This document shows, piece after piece, positions 10,597 to 19,982 of a stretch of DNA of 64,000 bases. The position numbers were made by a program, and so were the translations under genes. The stretch spans positions 1 through 64,000 of the forward strand of contig NZ_CP076562.1 in assembly GCF_022174665.1 (NCBI RefSeq), given 5' to 3'. Position 1 is the stretch's first letter; every line of letters starts with the position of its first letter. The DNA comes from Eubacterium sp. MSJ-33. Its GTDB lineage: Bacteria; Bacillota; Clostridia; Lachnospirales; Lachnospiraceae. The notes under the pieces were generated by a model that saw only the letters and a program-made list of their open reading frames with translations, did not search any database and was not told the DNA's origin.

Positions 10597-12168
10597 CTAA
10601 CCTCTGCCGAAAATCGTATCCATATCCTGCTCCGGCGCTGTAAGTGGCTGGAGCTGGTAGGTATCAACTAAGAATTTGACAACGGTCTCGGACATGAATG
10701 CCGGGAGCGTCGGGCCAAGGTATATCTTTTTGACACCGAGCGAAAGCAGGGTGAGCAGGATGCAGACAGCCTTCTGTTCGTACCACGATAAGACGAGGGT
10801 AAGCGGAAGCTCGTTGATGCTGCACGAAAATGCATCTGCAAGTGCGAGGGCAACCTTGATGGCACTGTAAGAGTCGTTGCATTGCCCCATGTCTAAGATA
10901 CGTGGAATCCCGTCAATTTCCCCAAGATCGATATCGTTAAAACGGTATTTGCCGCAGGCGAGTGTCAGGACGAGGGAATCCATCGGTGTCTGCTTTACAA
11001 ATTCTGTATAATAATTTCGTCCCGGATGGGCACCGTCACAGCCGCCGACAAGAAAGATGTGTTTGATCGCACCACTCTTGATGGCGGCTATGATTTTGTC
11101 TGCGTGGGATAAAACTGCACCATGTGCAAAACCGGTCGTTACAATATGACCGCCGTTAATACCGCTCATGCTGTGGTCGTGCTCATAACCGCCTAAGCGT
11201 TTGGCGTGTGCAATCAATTCGCTGAAATCCTTGTGTCCGTCTTTATCTCCGGTGATGTGCTTCATTCCGGCATAACCGACAACGGATGTCGTGTAAATGC
11301 GGTCAGCGTAGCTTGGACGCGGCGGCATCAGACAGTTTGTCGTGAAAAGCACAGGGGCAGGGATATTCTCGAATTCCGTCTGCTGACTCTGCCAGCTGGT
11401 TCCGAAATTCCCGGCAAGCTGTTTATATTTCGCAAGCTCCGGATAGCCATGTGCCGGAAGCATCTCGCAGTGTGTGTAGACATTGACACCGGTTCCTTCT
11501 GTCTGCGCGAGCAGTTCTGCCATATCTTTTAGGTCATGACCGGACACGACGATAAATGGTCCCTTCCGGATGTCAGTGTGTACGCGTCGCGGCTCCGGAG
11601 TGCCGAAGGATTTTGTATTTGCCGTATCAAGCAATTCCATACATTTGAAATTAATCTGCCCAAATTCCATGATCAGGGTAATCCATTCTTCCACAGTGTG
11701 TTCCCGATTGACCTCGCATAAGCCCTTGTAAAACCATCGGTTGACGTCCTCGTTCTCATAGCTTAAGTTGCGGGCGTGATGCGCGTAGGCGGACATACCC
11801 TTCAGTCCGAAGAGCAGGGTGGAGCGAAGCGATACGATATCGTTTGCACCATCCCACAGAGAGATAACCGGAACAGGTGTGGAACCGATGCGTTCCCGCT
11901 CCGCAATGACACGATGGATAAAATCCCGGATCGCATCGTTATCAAAATTCACATTGGTCAAGGTTGTGAAAAGTCCGTCGATGATCAGACGGCAGGATTC
12001 GGACGTGAAATTCTGCTCCTTCGTAGCTGCCTCGGCCAGCTGGATCAGCTCGCATACGAGCTCGTCTTGCAGATTAGAGGTTTCTGGCTGTTTGCCACAG
12101 ACACCGGTTGTCACACAGGCTTTGTTGCCTGCGGTCTGCTGACATTGAAAACAAAACATTTCTGACAT
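10597..12168 (-). CDS. hcp: hydroxylamine reductase (hybrid-cluster protein)
   Basis: N-terminal MFCFQCQQTAGNKACVTTGVCGK Cys cluster diagnostic of Hcp; 523 aa; RBS aaaggag on minus strand. Confidence 0.9.
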   Translation of the reverse strand: MSEMFCFQCQQTAGNKACVTTGVCGKQPETSNLQDELVCELIQLAEAATKEQNFTSESCRLIIDGLFTTLTNVNFDNDAIRDFIHRVIAERERIGSTPVPVISLWDGANDIVSLRSTLLFGLKGMSAYAHHARNLSYENEDVNRWFYKGLCEVNREHTVEEWITLIMEFGQINFKCMELLDTANTKSFGTPEPRRVHTDIRKGPFIVVSGHDLKDMAELLAQTEGTGVNVYTHCEMLPAHGYPELAKYKQLAGNFGTSWQSQQTEFENIPAPVLFTTNCLMPPRPSYADRIYTTSVVGYAGMKHITGDKDGHKDFSELIAHAKRLGGYEHDHSMSGINGGHIVTTGFAHGAVLSHADKIIAAIKSGAIKHIFLVGGCDGAHPGRNYYTEFVKQTPMDSLVLTLACGKYRFNDIDLGEIDGIPRILDMGQCNDSYSAIKVALALADAFSCSINELPLTLVLSWYEQKAVCILLTLLSLGVKKIYLGPTLPAFMSETVVKFLVDTYQLQPLTAPEQDMDTIFGRG

Positions 12169-12240
12169 GATTGTACTCCTTTGAAAATAGATTCTTACGA
12201 AAGTATGAACCGGAGAATCAAAATTTATTCAAAAATCGGG

Positions 12241-12269
12241 TTGTCAAACAAAAATCCTGTGGTATAATA
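12241..12269 (+). promoter_or_regulatory. sigma-A type promoter (TTGTCA-17-TGgTATAAT)
   Basis: Near-consensus -35/-10 with extended TG, reads into the T-box leader. Confidence 0.5.
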
Positions 12270-12274
12270 CCCAT

Positions 12275-12535
12275 GTATATAGGAAAAAGCATTGACGGAA
12301 AGAGTAGTGCATGGGCACCATCCAGAGAGAACGACATAAGCTGGAAGCCGTTTATGGAAGAAATGTATGAAAACCATTCCCGAGCTGTGCGTAGAAGATG
12401 ACCGGACACCCGGTTGTTGAAGCGTCACCGTAAGGCATGCGTTAAAGCCAAATGAAGTGAAACACTAAGGTGGAACCGTGTGAAAGCACCCTTAGGTACA
12501 AGGTTAAGGCATTGTATCTCAAGGTGCTTTTTTGT
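12275..12535 (+). promoter_or_regulatory. T-box riboswitch leader (probable Thr-specific) with terminator
   Basis: T-box-like cactAAGGTGGAACCGTG at 12463-12480 overlapping the 5' side of terminator gcacc...ggtgcTTTTTT (12486-12533); AGAGAG-containing stem I region; ACC triplet at plausible specifier position; upstream of thrS. Confidence 0.5.
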
Positions 12536-12618
12536 TGGTGATTTATAGGCGTTGTAAATCATGACGTAATTTGTGCATATATGTTGTATCAGATTCTAGT
12601 AATATAAGATGTATTGAA

Positions 12619-12763
12619 ACTAAGAAGTACTAGATGTTCTGATATATGTGTTGTTAATGTACGCAACCGCCGCCAATTCGCCGTCCATGGCTCAGTGGCG
12701 GCTTGTTTGAACATCGTGTTCAAACATTGCTGTGGGGCAACAGAACATCAAGAACTTCTAAGT
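12619..12763. mobile_element. MITE-like structured repeat, copy B (inverted relative to copy A)
   Basis: Reverse complement matches 4455-4600: TIRs conserved, 62-bp core with 1 mismatch, internal variable spacers diverged. Confidence 0.6.
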
Positions 12764-12869
12764 TCCAAACATATTTATATTACTAGAATTTGATACAGAC
12801 ATAAATATACACAAATTACTGTATGATGGACAAAACCTACACAATGTAATAAGAAAAAGGAGAACGAAA

Positions 12870-14633
12870 ATGGTAAATTTCAAAGAAGACGAGCAGTTAA
12901 AAACATTGAACCACTCTTGTGCACATTTGATGGCGCAGGCAATCAAGCACCTGTACCCACAGGCAAAATTCTGGGTAGGACCGGTTGTTGCAGAAGGCTT
13001 CTACTATGACGTAGACCTCGGCGATGACGTAATCCGCGATGAGGATATCGCAGCAATCGAGAAGGAAATGAAGAAGGTTGCAAAGTCCGGCAAGAAGATC
13101 ATCCGCAAGGAGATCTCCAAAGAAGAAGCAATGGAGATGTTCAAGGATGATGAGTACAAGCTGGATCTGATCTCCAATCTGGAAGATGGAACGATTTCCT
13201 GCTATGAGCAGGGCGACTTTACAGACCTCTGCCGTGGACCTCACGTAGATAATGTAAAGCTCTGCCGTAACTTCAAGCTGCTCCGTCACTCTGGCGCTTA
13301 TTGGAAGGGCGACAGTAACAACAAGGTATTGCAGAGAATCTATGGTGTCTGCTTCCCGACAGCAGAAGAGCTGGAGGCACATCTGAAGCTTCTCGAAGAG
13401 GCAAAGGAGAGAGACCACAGAAAGATTGGTAAGGACATGCAGTTGTTCATGGTAGACGATCTCGTTGGACGTGGACTTCCGATGTTCCTTCCAAAGGGCT
13501 ATACAATCTGGCAGGAGCTGGAGAACTACATCAAGGACAAGGAGCGTAAGCTTGGTTACCTGCACGTTATGACACCATGTGTTGGTACGGTAAATCTGTA
13601 CAAAACATCCGGTCACTGGGATCACTACAAGGAAAACATGTTCCCGGCCATGGACGTAGAGGGTGAGTCTTTCGTTCTTCGTCCGATGAACTGCCCACAT
13701 CATATGATGATTTATGCAAACCGTATGCATTCTTATAAAGACCTCCCAATCCGTATTGGTGAGATCGCACACGACTTCCGTTTCGAGGCGAGTGGTACTT
13801 TGAAGGGTATCGAGCGAGGCAGACACTTCTGTCAGAACGATGCGCATTTGTTCGTGACACCGGAGCAGATCGAGGATGAATTCTCAAAGGTTGTTGACCT
13901 GATCTTCAGCACCTATAAGGATTTCGGTATCACAGATTACCGCTGCGTCCTGTCACTGCGTGATCCGGAGAACAAGGTAAAATACCATGATGATGACGAG
14001 ATGTGGAACACAGCTGAAGATGCACTTCGTAAGGTATTGAACGACCTTGGTATCGAGTATACAGAGGAGATCGGTGAGGCTGCTTTCTACGGACCGAAGC
14101 TTGATGTAAATGTAAAGCCGGCTGTCGGAAATGAATATACACTTTCTACCTGCCAGCTTGACTTCTGCCTGCCAGCGAAGTTCCAGCTTACTTATATTGA
14201 CAAGGACGGCGAGAAGAAGACACCGGTTGTATTGCACAGAGCAATCCTCGGTTCTCTGGATCGTTTCATGGCATACATTCTGGAGGAGACAAAGGGTAAC
14301 CTTCCAACATGGTTAGCGCCGGTTCAGGTAAAGGTTATGCCGGTTAAGACAGACAACGAAGAACTGATGGCATATGCACATAAGGTTGTGGATGCACTGG
14401 ATGCAAAGAATGTTCGTGTCGAGTTAGACGACAGAGCAGAGAAGCTTGGCTACCGTATGCGTGAAGGTCAGGTGGAGAAGGTTCCATATCTTCTGGTTCT
14501 TGGATTCAATGAGGTAGAGAATAACACGGTATCTTACAGACTGCATGGTCAGGCAGATACAACTGTTGTTGGTCTGGATGAATTTGTTGCGAAGATTGAG
14601 GAAGAGATCAAGACAAAGGCGAAAAACAGATAA
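12870..14633 (+). CDS. thrS: threonine--tRNA ligase (short form lacking N-terminal TGS/editing extension)
   Basis: HxxxH-like SCAHLMAQA, class II motifs (FRFEASG, GPKLD), C-terminal anticodon-binding domain; RBS aaaaaggag. Confidence 0.9.
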   Translation: MVNFKEDEQLKTLNHSCAHLMAQAIKHLYPQAKFWVGPVVAEGFYYDVDLGDDVIRDEDIAAIEKEMKKVAKSGKKIIRKEISKEEAMEMFKDDEYKLDLISNLEDGTISCYEQGDFTDLCRGPHVDNVKLCRNFKLLRHSGAYWKGDSNNKVLQRIYGVCFPTAEELEAHLKLLEEAKERDHRKIGKDMQLFMVDDLVGRGLPMFLPKGYTIWQELENYIKDKERKLGYLHVMTPCVGTVNLYKTSGHWDHYKENMFPAMDVEGESFVLRPMNCPHHMMIYANRMHSYKDLPIRIGEIAHDFRFEASGTLKGIERGRHFCQNDAHLFVTPEQIEDEFSKVVDLIFSTYKDFGITDYRCVLSLRDPENKVKYHDDDEMWNTAEDALRKVLNDLGIEYTEEIGEAAFYGPKLDVNVKPAVGNEYTLSTCQLDFCLPAKFQLTYIDKDGEKKTPVVLHRAILGSLDRFMAYILEETKGNLPTWLAPVQVKVMPVKTDNEELMAYAHKVVDALDAKNVRVELDDRAEKLGYRMREGQVEKVPYLLVLGFNEVENNTVSYRLHGQADTTVVGLDEFVAKIEEEIKTKAKNR

Positions 14634-14636
14634 TCA

Positions 14637-16070
14637 ATGAGGAAACATCGAGTGCTTAGAGTGATCGGTTGCGTCGTTGGCGCAATCGTGATCATTCTGC
14701 TATATGAAATGATTGGAATATTTGCTGCATACAAGAAGCAGCCGGAGCTCTCGGAAGAGACGAAGCAGAGCCTGCATCCCGAAGATATCTATACGGATGC
14801 AACAGTTGAAGAACGCGCCTGTATTATTGAAGAAAATGGTAATGCGTTATTGCAGCGTGTCCGCCTGATTGAACAGGCGAAGGAAGAAATCGTCTTATCC
14901 ACGTTCGCATTTCACGATGATGACAGCGGACAGATCATGATGGGCGCTTTGCTTCGGGCAGCGGAGCGGAATGTGCACATCCGTATCTTAGTAGATGGAT
15001 TCGAGAGCTGGACGGCGATGGAAGGAAATGCACATTTCTATGCGATGTCGTCGCATCCGAATATCGAGATCAAGGTGTATAACCGTGCGAATCCGTTAAA
15101 ACCTTGGGAGATGATGGGGCGCATGCATGACAAATATCTGATCGCAGATGGGAAGACATATATCCTTGGCGGACGAAATACATACAATTATTTCTTGGGT
15201 GAATTTCCGGGACATAAAAATTACGACCGCGATGTGCTGGTCATCTGCGAGAATCCGCAGGCGGATAGCTCCGTGAACCAGCTGCTTGCTTATTTTGAGA
15301 CGATCTGGAGCCAGAAGGATTGTAAATATTTCCATGACAAAGAGAAGCTTGCCGACCGGAAATCTGTCAAGCAGGCAAAGGAAGATGTGCAGACGGCATT
15401 TGCCAATTATTACGATGCACAAAAAGATACAATCACAGACACGGACTTTGAGAAAGATACGGTTGTAACTGACAAGATCATGTTGATCTCGAATCCAATC
15501 CATACCGGGGCGAAGGAGCCGACAGCATGGTATGAGATGGGTGTCCTGATGAAGCAGGCGAAGAAACGTGTGAAGATCCACACACCGTACATCATTTGCA
15601 ATGATATGATGTATGACACATGGGCGGACGTTGCCGCAAATGTACCGGAATTTACCGTTATGACAAACTCTGTCGCGAATAACGGCAACCCGTTTGGTTC
15701 CGCAGATTATCAGAAGAACCGTGACAAAATCAGTAGTACCGGAGTCACAATCTGGGAGTATGAAGGCGGATATTCATATCATGGAAAGAGTATTTTGATC
15801 GATGATGATATATCCATCATTGGTTCTTTCAATATGGATATGCGCAGTGTCTACTTGGATACAGAGCTGATGCTTGTAATCCGAAGCAAGGAGATCAACG
15901 CTCAGTTGGAATCAGCCATGATGAAATATGAACAGGGCGCAAGACAGGTGCTTGCTGACGGACAGTATGCGAATCCATATCATGTGGAGCCAATCGCATT
16001 CACACCGAAACGCCGCCGTAGAGTATTTGTTGTACGATATCTGCTTGGATGGTTACGGTTTTTGTTTTAG
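14637..16070 (+). CDS. cls: cardiolipin synthase / phospholipase D family protein
   Basis: N-terminal TM, two HKD motifs (HDKYLIADG ; HGKSILIDD). Confidence 0.8.
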   Translation: MRKHRVLRVIGCVVGAIVIILLYEMIGIFAAYKKQPELSEETKQSLHPEDIYTDATVEERACIIEENGNALLQRVRLIEQAKEEIVLSTFAFHDDDSGQIMMGALLRAAERNVHIRILVDGFESWTAMEGNAHFYAMSSHPNIEIKVYNRANPLKPWEMMGRMHDKYLIADGKTYILGGRNTYNYFLGEFPGHKNYDRDVLVICENPQADSSVNQLLAYFETIWSQKDCKYFHDKEKLADRKSVKQAKEDVQTAFANYYDAQKDTITDTDFEKDTVVTDKIMLISNPIHTGAKEPTAWYEMGVLMKQAKKRVKIHTPYIICNDMMYDTWADVAANVPEFTVMTNSVANNGNPFGSADYQKNRDKISSTGVTIWEYEGGYSYHGKSILIDDDISIIGSFNMDMRSVYLDTELMLVIRSKEINAQLESAMMKYEQGARQVLADGQYANPYHVEPIAFTPKRRRRVFVVRYLLGWLRFLF

Positions 16071-16100
16071 AGATTTTTATTCTGTAGTAGGTAATGGATT

Positions 16101-16259
16101 ATGATAATGGAAAATGATGAATTTGTAATTCCAGAACAGTATCGGAAAATGTCCGTTACTGAATTAGATGCAGAAGCAAATAAAATGTTAAAAGAGATAC
16201 AACAAGGGAAACGAATAATTCGAGATAAGAAAAAAGCTGCACAGGGAAGAATGAAATAG
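16101..16259 (+). CDS. hypothetical small protein (52 aa), doubtful
   Basis: ORF MIMENDEFVIPEQYRKMSVTELDAEANKMLKEIQQGKRIIRDKKKAAQGRMK between cls and a terminator; weak RBS. Confidence 0.2.
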   Translation: MIMENDEFVIPEQYRKMSVTELDAEANKMLKEIQQGKRIIRDKKKAAQGRMK

Positions 16260-16272
16260 TTTTCTATGTTGA

Positions 16273-16980
<708 letters not shown>

Positions 16981-16982
16981 AA

Positions 16983-16998
16983 GTGCCATAAAGTATAC
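16983..16998. repeat. 16-bp repeat GTGCCATAAAGTATAC, centred on GTATAC within a 20-bp near-palindrome
   Basis: ccataaagtatactttttgg is 18/20 self-complementary; direct repeat of 17128-17143. Confidence 0.4.
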
Positions 16999-17082
16999 TT
17001 TTTGGTATTTTTGAATCTGGAAAAAATTGTTACATTATGCATTTCGATTTATCAAAATCTTGTCATAAATTGTGTAATTATG

Positions 17083-17111
17083 TTGATAAATATAGATGCA
17101 TATGCTAGAAT
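17083..17111 (+). promoter_or_regulatory. candidate promoter TTGATA-17-TAGAAT for island operon
   Basis: Between the two GTATAC repeats, ~55 nt upstream of RHH gene. Confidence 0.4.
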
Positions 17112-17127
17112 ACAATTGTAATTTTAG

Positions 17128-17143
17128 GTGCCATTAAGTATAC
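17128..17143. repeat. 16-bp repeat GTGCCATTAAGTATAC (second copy, direct)
   Basis: 15/16 identical to 16983-16998; sits just upstream of the RHH gene RBS. Confidence 0.4.
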
Positions 17144-17165
17144 ATTATGAAAAAGGGTGATGAAC

Positions 17166-17357
17166 ATGGCGGAAAAAGTTTTAAGAATCGAGGCGAAAAG
17201 ATATAGAGAGGACTCGGTCGTGATGTCTGCGCGCATACCAAAAGATATGTTACAGGATATTGATTTTGTAGCAAAGGAGTCCGGCAGAACACGGAACGAG
17301 ATTGTAACTATGTTTTTAGACTTCGCATTAAAAAATACAGAGATAATAGAAAAATAA
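17166..17357 (+). CDS. ribbon-helix-helix (CopG/Arc/MetJ-like) DNA-binding protein
   Basis: 63 aa; ...RIPKDMLQDIDFVAKESGRTRNEIV... RHH beta-strand + two helices pattern; start chosen at ATG 17166 for RBS spacing. Confidence 0.6.
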   Translation: MAEKVLRIEAKRYREDSVVMSARIPKDMLQDIDFVAKESGRTRNEIVTMFLDFALKNTEIIEK

Positions 17358-17377
17358 TAAAGGAGAGGTATTGGGGT

Positions 17378-19246
17378 ATGTCAAAATTTGCGATAGCATG
17401 TCCAAACTGTGGAAAAAGTGTAGAAGCAAGTACAAAGTTATTTGCTAAAAAGAAAATAAAGTGCACATGCGGATATAGAATTAATGTTCATACGGACAGA
17501 ATGATGACGACAAAATGTTCACATTGTGGTAATCAGGTTGTATTTGATCAATCAAAAGGAAAAAGAGCAGTTTGCCCAGTATGTAGACAAAAAATTAATA
17601 CGGTAAATGATACAGTTGAGGAGTTCGCATGTGAACAATGTGGCATTCGCCTTATCACAGCAAGGAATGCATCGACCTATGTCTGCCCGGTTTGTGATTA
17701 TGAGAATAACGTGCAGGAGCGCGTGATGGCAGAGAAAATCAAGACAGATGGACTGGCAAGTATCATAAAATACGAGGGCGATAATAACACATTTATCTGG
17801 AAGCATCCAATCGAAGATTTTAATTTCGGTTCCCAGTTGATTGTACATGAGAGTCAGGAGGCAATCTTCTTTAAGGATGGGCAGGCTCTCGATCTGTTCG
17901 GGCCCGGGCGTTATACGTTGGAGACACAGCAGCTTCCACTTTTGGAGAAAGTGTATTCGTTACCGACTGACACACAGGGGACATTTCATTCCGAGGTTTA
18001 TTTCATCAACAAGACCGTCCAGATGTCTATCAAATGGGGAACCCCGGATAAGGTTCGGTTCATTGATCCGTTAACAGGAACGCCGCTTGCACTTGGTGCT
18101 TCTGGTGAGATGAATATTCAGGTGTCAAACTCCAGAAAATTATTGTTGAAATTAATAGGCACTATGAAAGGTATTTCGTGGGAAGAAGGACCGGGATTTA
18201 CGAAGTCCCTGCAGGCGTCCTTCCGTCCGCTGATTGCAAATGCGGTCAAGACCAATCTTTCTTCTGTTATCAAGAATGAAGCGATTGATATTCTGGAAAT
18301 CGATGAGAAGCTGGATTTGATATCGGATAATCTGCGAGAAAAAATCCTTCCGGGATTCGAGGAATATGGTTTGACGATACCGCAGTTTTATGTGACCAGT
18401 GTTGTTCTGCCGGAGGATGATCCGAATTTCAAGCGTATTCGGGAATTGCATACAATCACACTTCAGACACGGGTCATTCAGGCAGAAGCAACTGTGAAAA
18501 CTGCACAAGCACAGAGCGAAACACAATATCGGACTGCACAGGAGCAGAGCAAAGCCGCAATCGAGGTAGCACGACGAGAAGCAGAATTGCAGCGTCAGAC
18601 AACAGAGACAGAAATTGCAAAAAGAGCGGCAGAACGCCGCGTAATCGAAGCGCAGGCAGAAGCACAGGCACAACGGATGGCAGGATTGACGGAAGCTGAA
18701 ATCATGAAGGCAAAAGGCTATTCGCAGAAGGATGTACTTCAGGCAGATGTTCAGAAAGCATATGCCGAAGGCATCGGCAACATGGGACCGGCTATTTCTG
18801 CCGGCGGTGGAAGTGGCGTGTTGGGAGACATGCTTGGTTTAGGTGTTGGTATGGCTGCGGCAAGTGCGATTGCTCCACAGATTGGAGGGATGATGCAGGG
18901 CTTTGCAAATCCATCTATGATGCAGGGAGGTGTAACCAACCAGACGATCACACAGGCAGATGCTGATAATCAGGCAGCTTTCTTGTCAAGAAATACGTGG
19001 GATTGTACATGCGGACAGACAGGGAATACAGGAAACTTTTGCAGCAACTGTGGGGCGAAGAAACCGCAGGCAGAACAACCGGACACATGGGATTGTGCAT
19101 GTGGGAAGACAGGAAATACCGGTAAATTCTGTAGTAATTGTGGAGCAAAAAAAACGGAAGCAGAAACAAGCTGGGATTGCACATGTGGACAGACAGGAAA
19201 TACAGGTAACTTCTGTAATAACTGTGGAAAGAAGCGGGGTGAATAG
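17378..19246 (+). CDS. SPFH/band-7 (COG4260-like) protein with N-terminal triple Zn-ribbons and C-terminal triple Zn-ribbon repeats
   Basis: N-term CPNCG..CTCG, CSHCG..CPVC, CEQCG..CPVCDYEN. Core IKYEGDNNTFIWKHPIEDFNFGSQLIVHESQEAIFFKDGQALDLFGPGRYTLETQQLP typical of COG4260 SPFH proteins. Ala/Gln/Glu coiled coil. Gly/Met-rich linker. 3x TWDC[TA]CG[QK]TGNTG[NK]FC[SN]NCG[AK]KK. Confidence 0.7.
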   Translation: MSKFAIACPNCGKSVEASTKLFAKKKIKCTCGYRINVHTDRMMTTKCSHCGNQVVFDQSKGKRAVCPVCRQKINTVNDTVEEFACEQCGIRLITARNASTYVCPVCDYENNVQERVMAEKIKTDGLASIIKYEGDNNTFIWKHPIEDFNFGSQLIVHESQEAIFFKDGQALDLFGPGRYTLETQQLPLLEKVYSLPTDTQGTFHSEVYFINKTVQMSIKWGTPDKVRFIDPLTGTPLALGASGEMNIQVSNSRKLLLKLIGTMKGISWEEGPGFTKSLQASFRPLIANAVKTNLSSVIKNEAIDILEIDEKLDLISDNLREKILPGFEEYGLTIPQFYVTSVVLPEDDPNFKRIRELHTITLQTRVIQAEATVKTAQAQSETQYRTAQEQSKAAIEVARREAELQRQTTETEIAKRAAERRVIEAQAEAQAQRMAGLTEAEIMKAKGYSQKDVLQADVQKAYAEGIGNMGPAISAGGGSGVLGDMLGLGVGMAAASAIAPQIGGMMQGFANPSMMQGGVTNQTITQADADNQAAFLSRNTWDCTCGQTGNTGNFCSNCGAKKPQAEQPDTWDCACGKTGNTGKFCSNCGAKKTEAETSWDCTCGQTGNTGNFCNNCGKKRGE

Positions 19247-19248
19247 GT

Positions 19249-19938
19249 ATGAACAAAAAAGATCAGAGAGGATACATCGTCCTTGGAATTATATTTGTAG
19301 TATTTACTGTAGTTGCATTTGCAGTACCTTTTTCTAAGAAGGCAGGATTCTGGCTTGGGTATGTATTTGGAATAATAGCGATTGCGTTCCAATTATATAT
19401 TTTCAAAATTTCTTTTGCGCAGGGAGAGGATGTAAAGAGTAAGTTTTACGGATTCCCAATCGCACGTATTGGCGTGATTTATCTGGGTGCACAAATGTTA
19501 TTCAGCATATTGGAGATGGCAACAGCAAAATTCCTTTTACCATGGGTGGCAGTCCTTGTGAATATAGTCATGTTAGCGTTTGCTCTCGTTGGATGCATCG
19601 CTGCAGATATCATGCGGGATGAAATCGTGCGACAGGATGTAAAGCTGGAAAAAGATGTAACCAATATGCGCAGACTCCAATCGTTGTCAGCGTCTCTGGT
19701 AGGACTCTGCCAGGATGAAAATGCAAAGAAAACACTGCAGGATATAGCGGATGAATTCAAGTACAGTGATCCGGTATCATCCGAACAGACAAAGGAAATG
19801 GAAGAGGATATGAAGATGCAGTTAGAGGAACTGCAAAATGCAGTATTGGAAGGGGATGTAAGCAATGTTCTAATGCTATGTGTAAACCTGAAAAATCGCC
19901 TGAATGAGAGAAATCAAATGTGTGCGATGAGTAAGTGA
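19249..19938 (+). CDS. membrane protein, 4 TM + cytoplasmic helical tail (unknown family)
   Basis: Four hydrophobic helices in first 120 aa; 2-bp gap from SPFH gene (translational coupling). Confidence 0.6.
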   Translation: MNKKDQRGYIVLGIIFVVFTVVAFAVPFSKKAGFWLGYVFGIIAIAFQLYIFKISFAQGEDVKSKFYGFPIARIGVIYLGAQMLFSILEMATAKFLLPWVAVLVNIVMLAFALVGCIAADIMRDEIVRQDVKLEKDVTNMRRLQSLSASLVGLCQDENAKKTLQDIADEFKYSDPVSSEQTKEMEEDMKMQLEELQNAVLEGDVSNVLMLCVNLKNRLNERNQMCAMSK

Positions 19939-19982
19939 TTGAAAAAAATGAGAAAAATTTAAGAATGGGAGAGCAATGAATT

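Noticed and set aside
12169-12240. HcpR/Crp-Fnr binding site upstream of hcp
   Set aside because: I could not find a convincing TTGAT-N4-ATCAA-type dyad; only weak partial matches.
12171-12401. 76-aa ORF in the hcp-thrS intergenic region
   Set aside because: It overlaps the promoter and T-box leader. Peptide composition is not protein-like. The region is better explained as a regulatory RNA.
17157-17165. Upstream ATG ATG start for the RHH gene (track 17157)
   Set aside because: RBS spacing fits the ATG at 17166 better. The difference is 3 codons and does not change the call.
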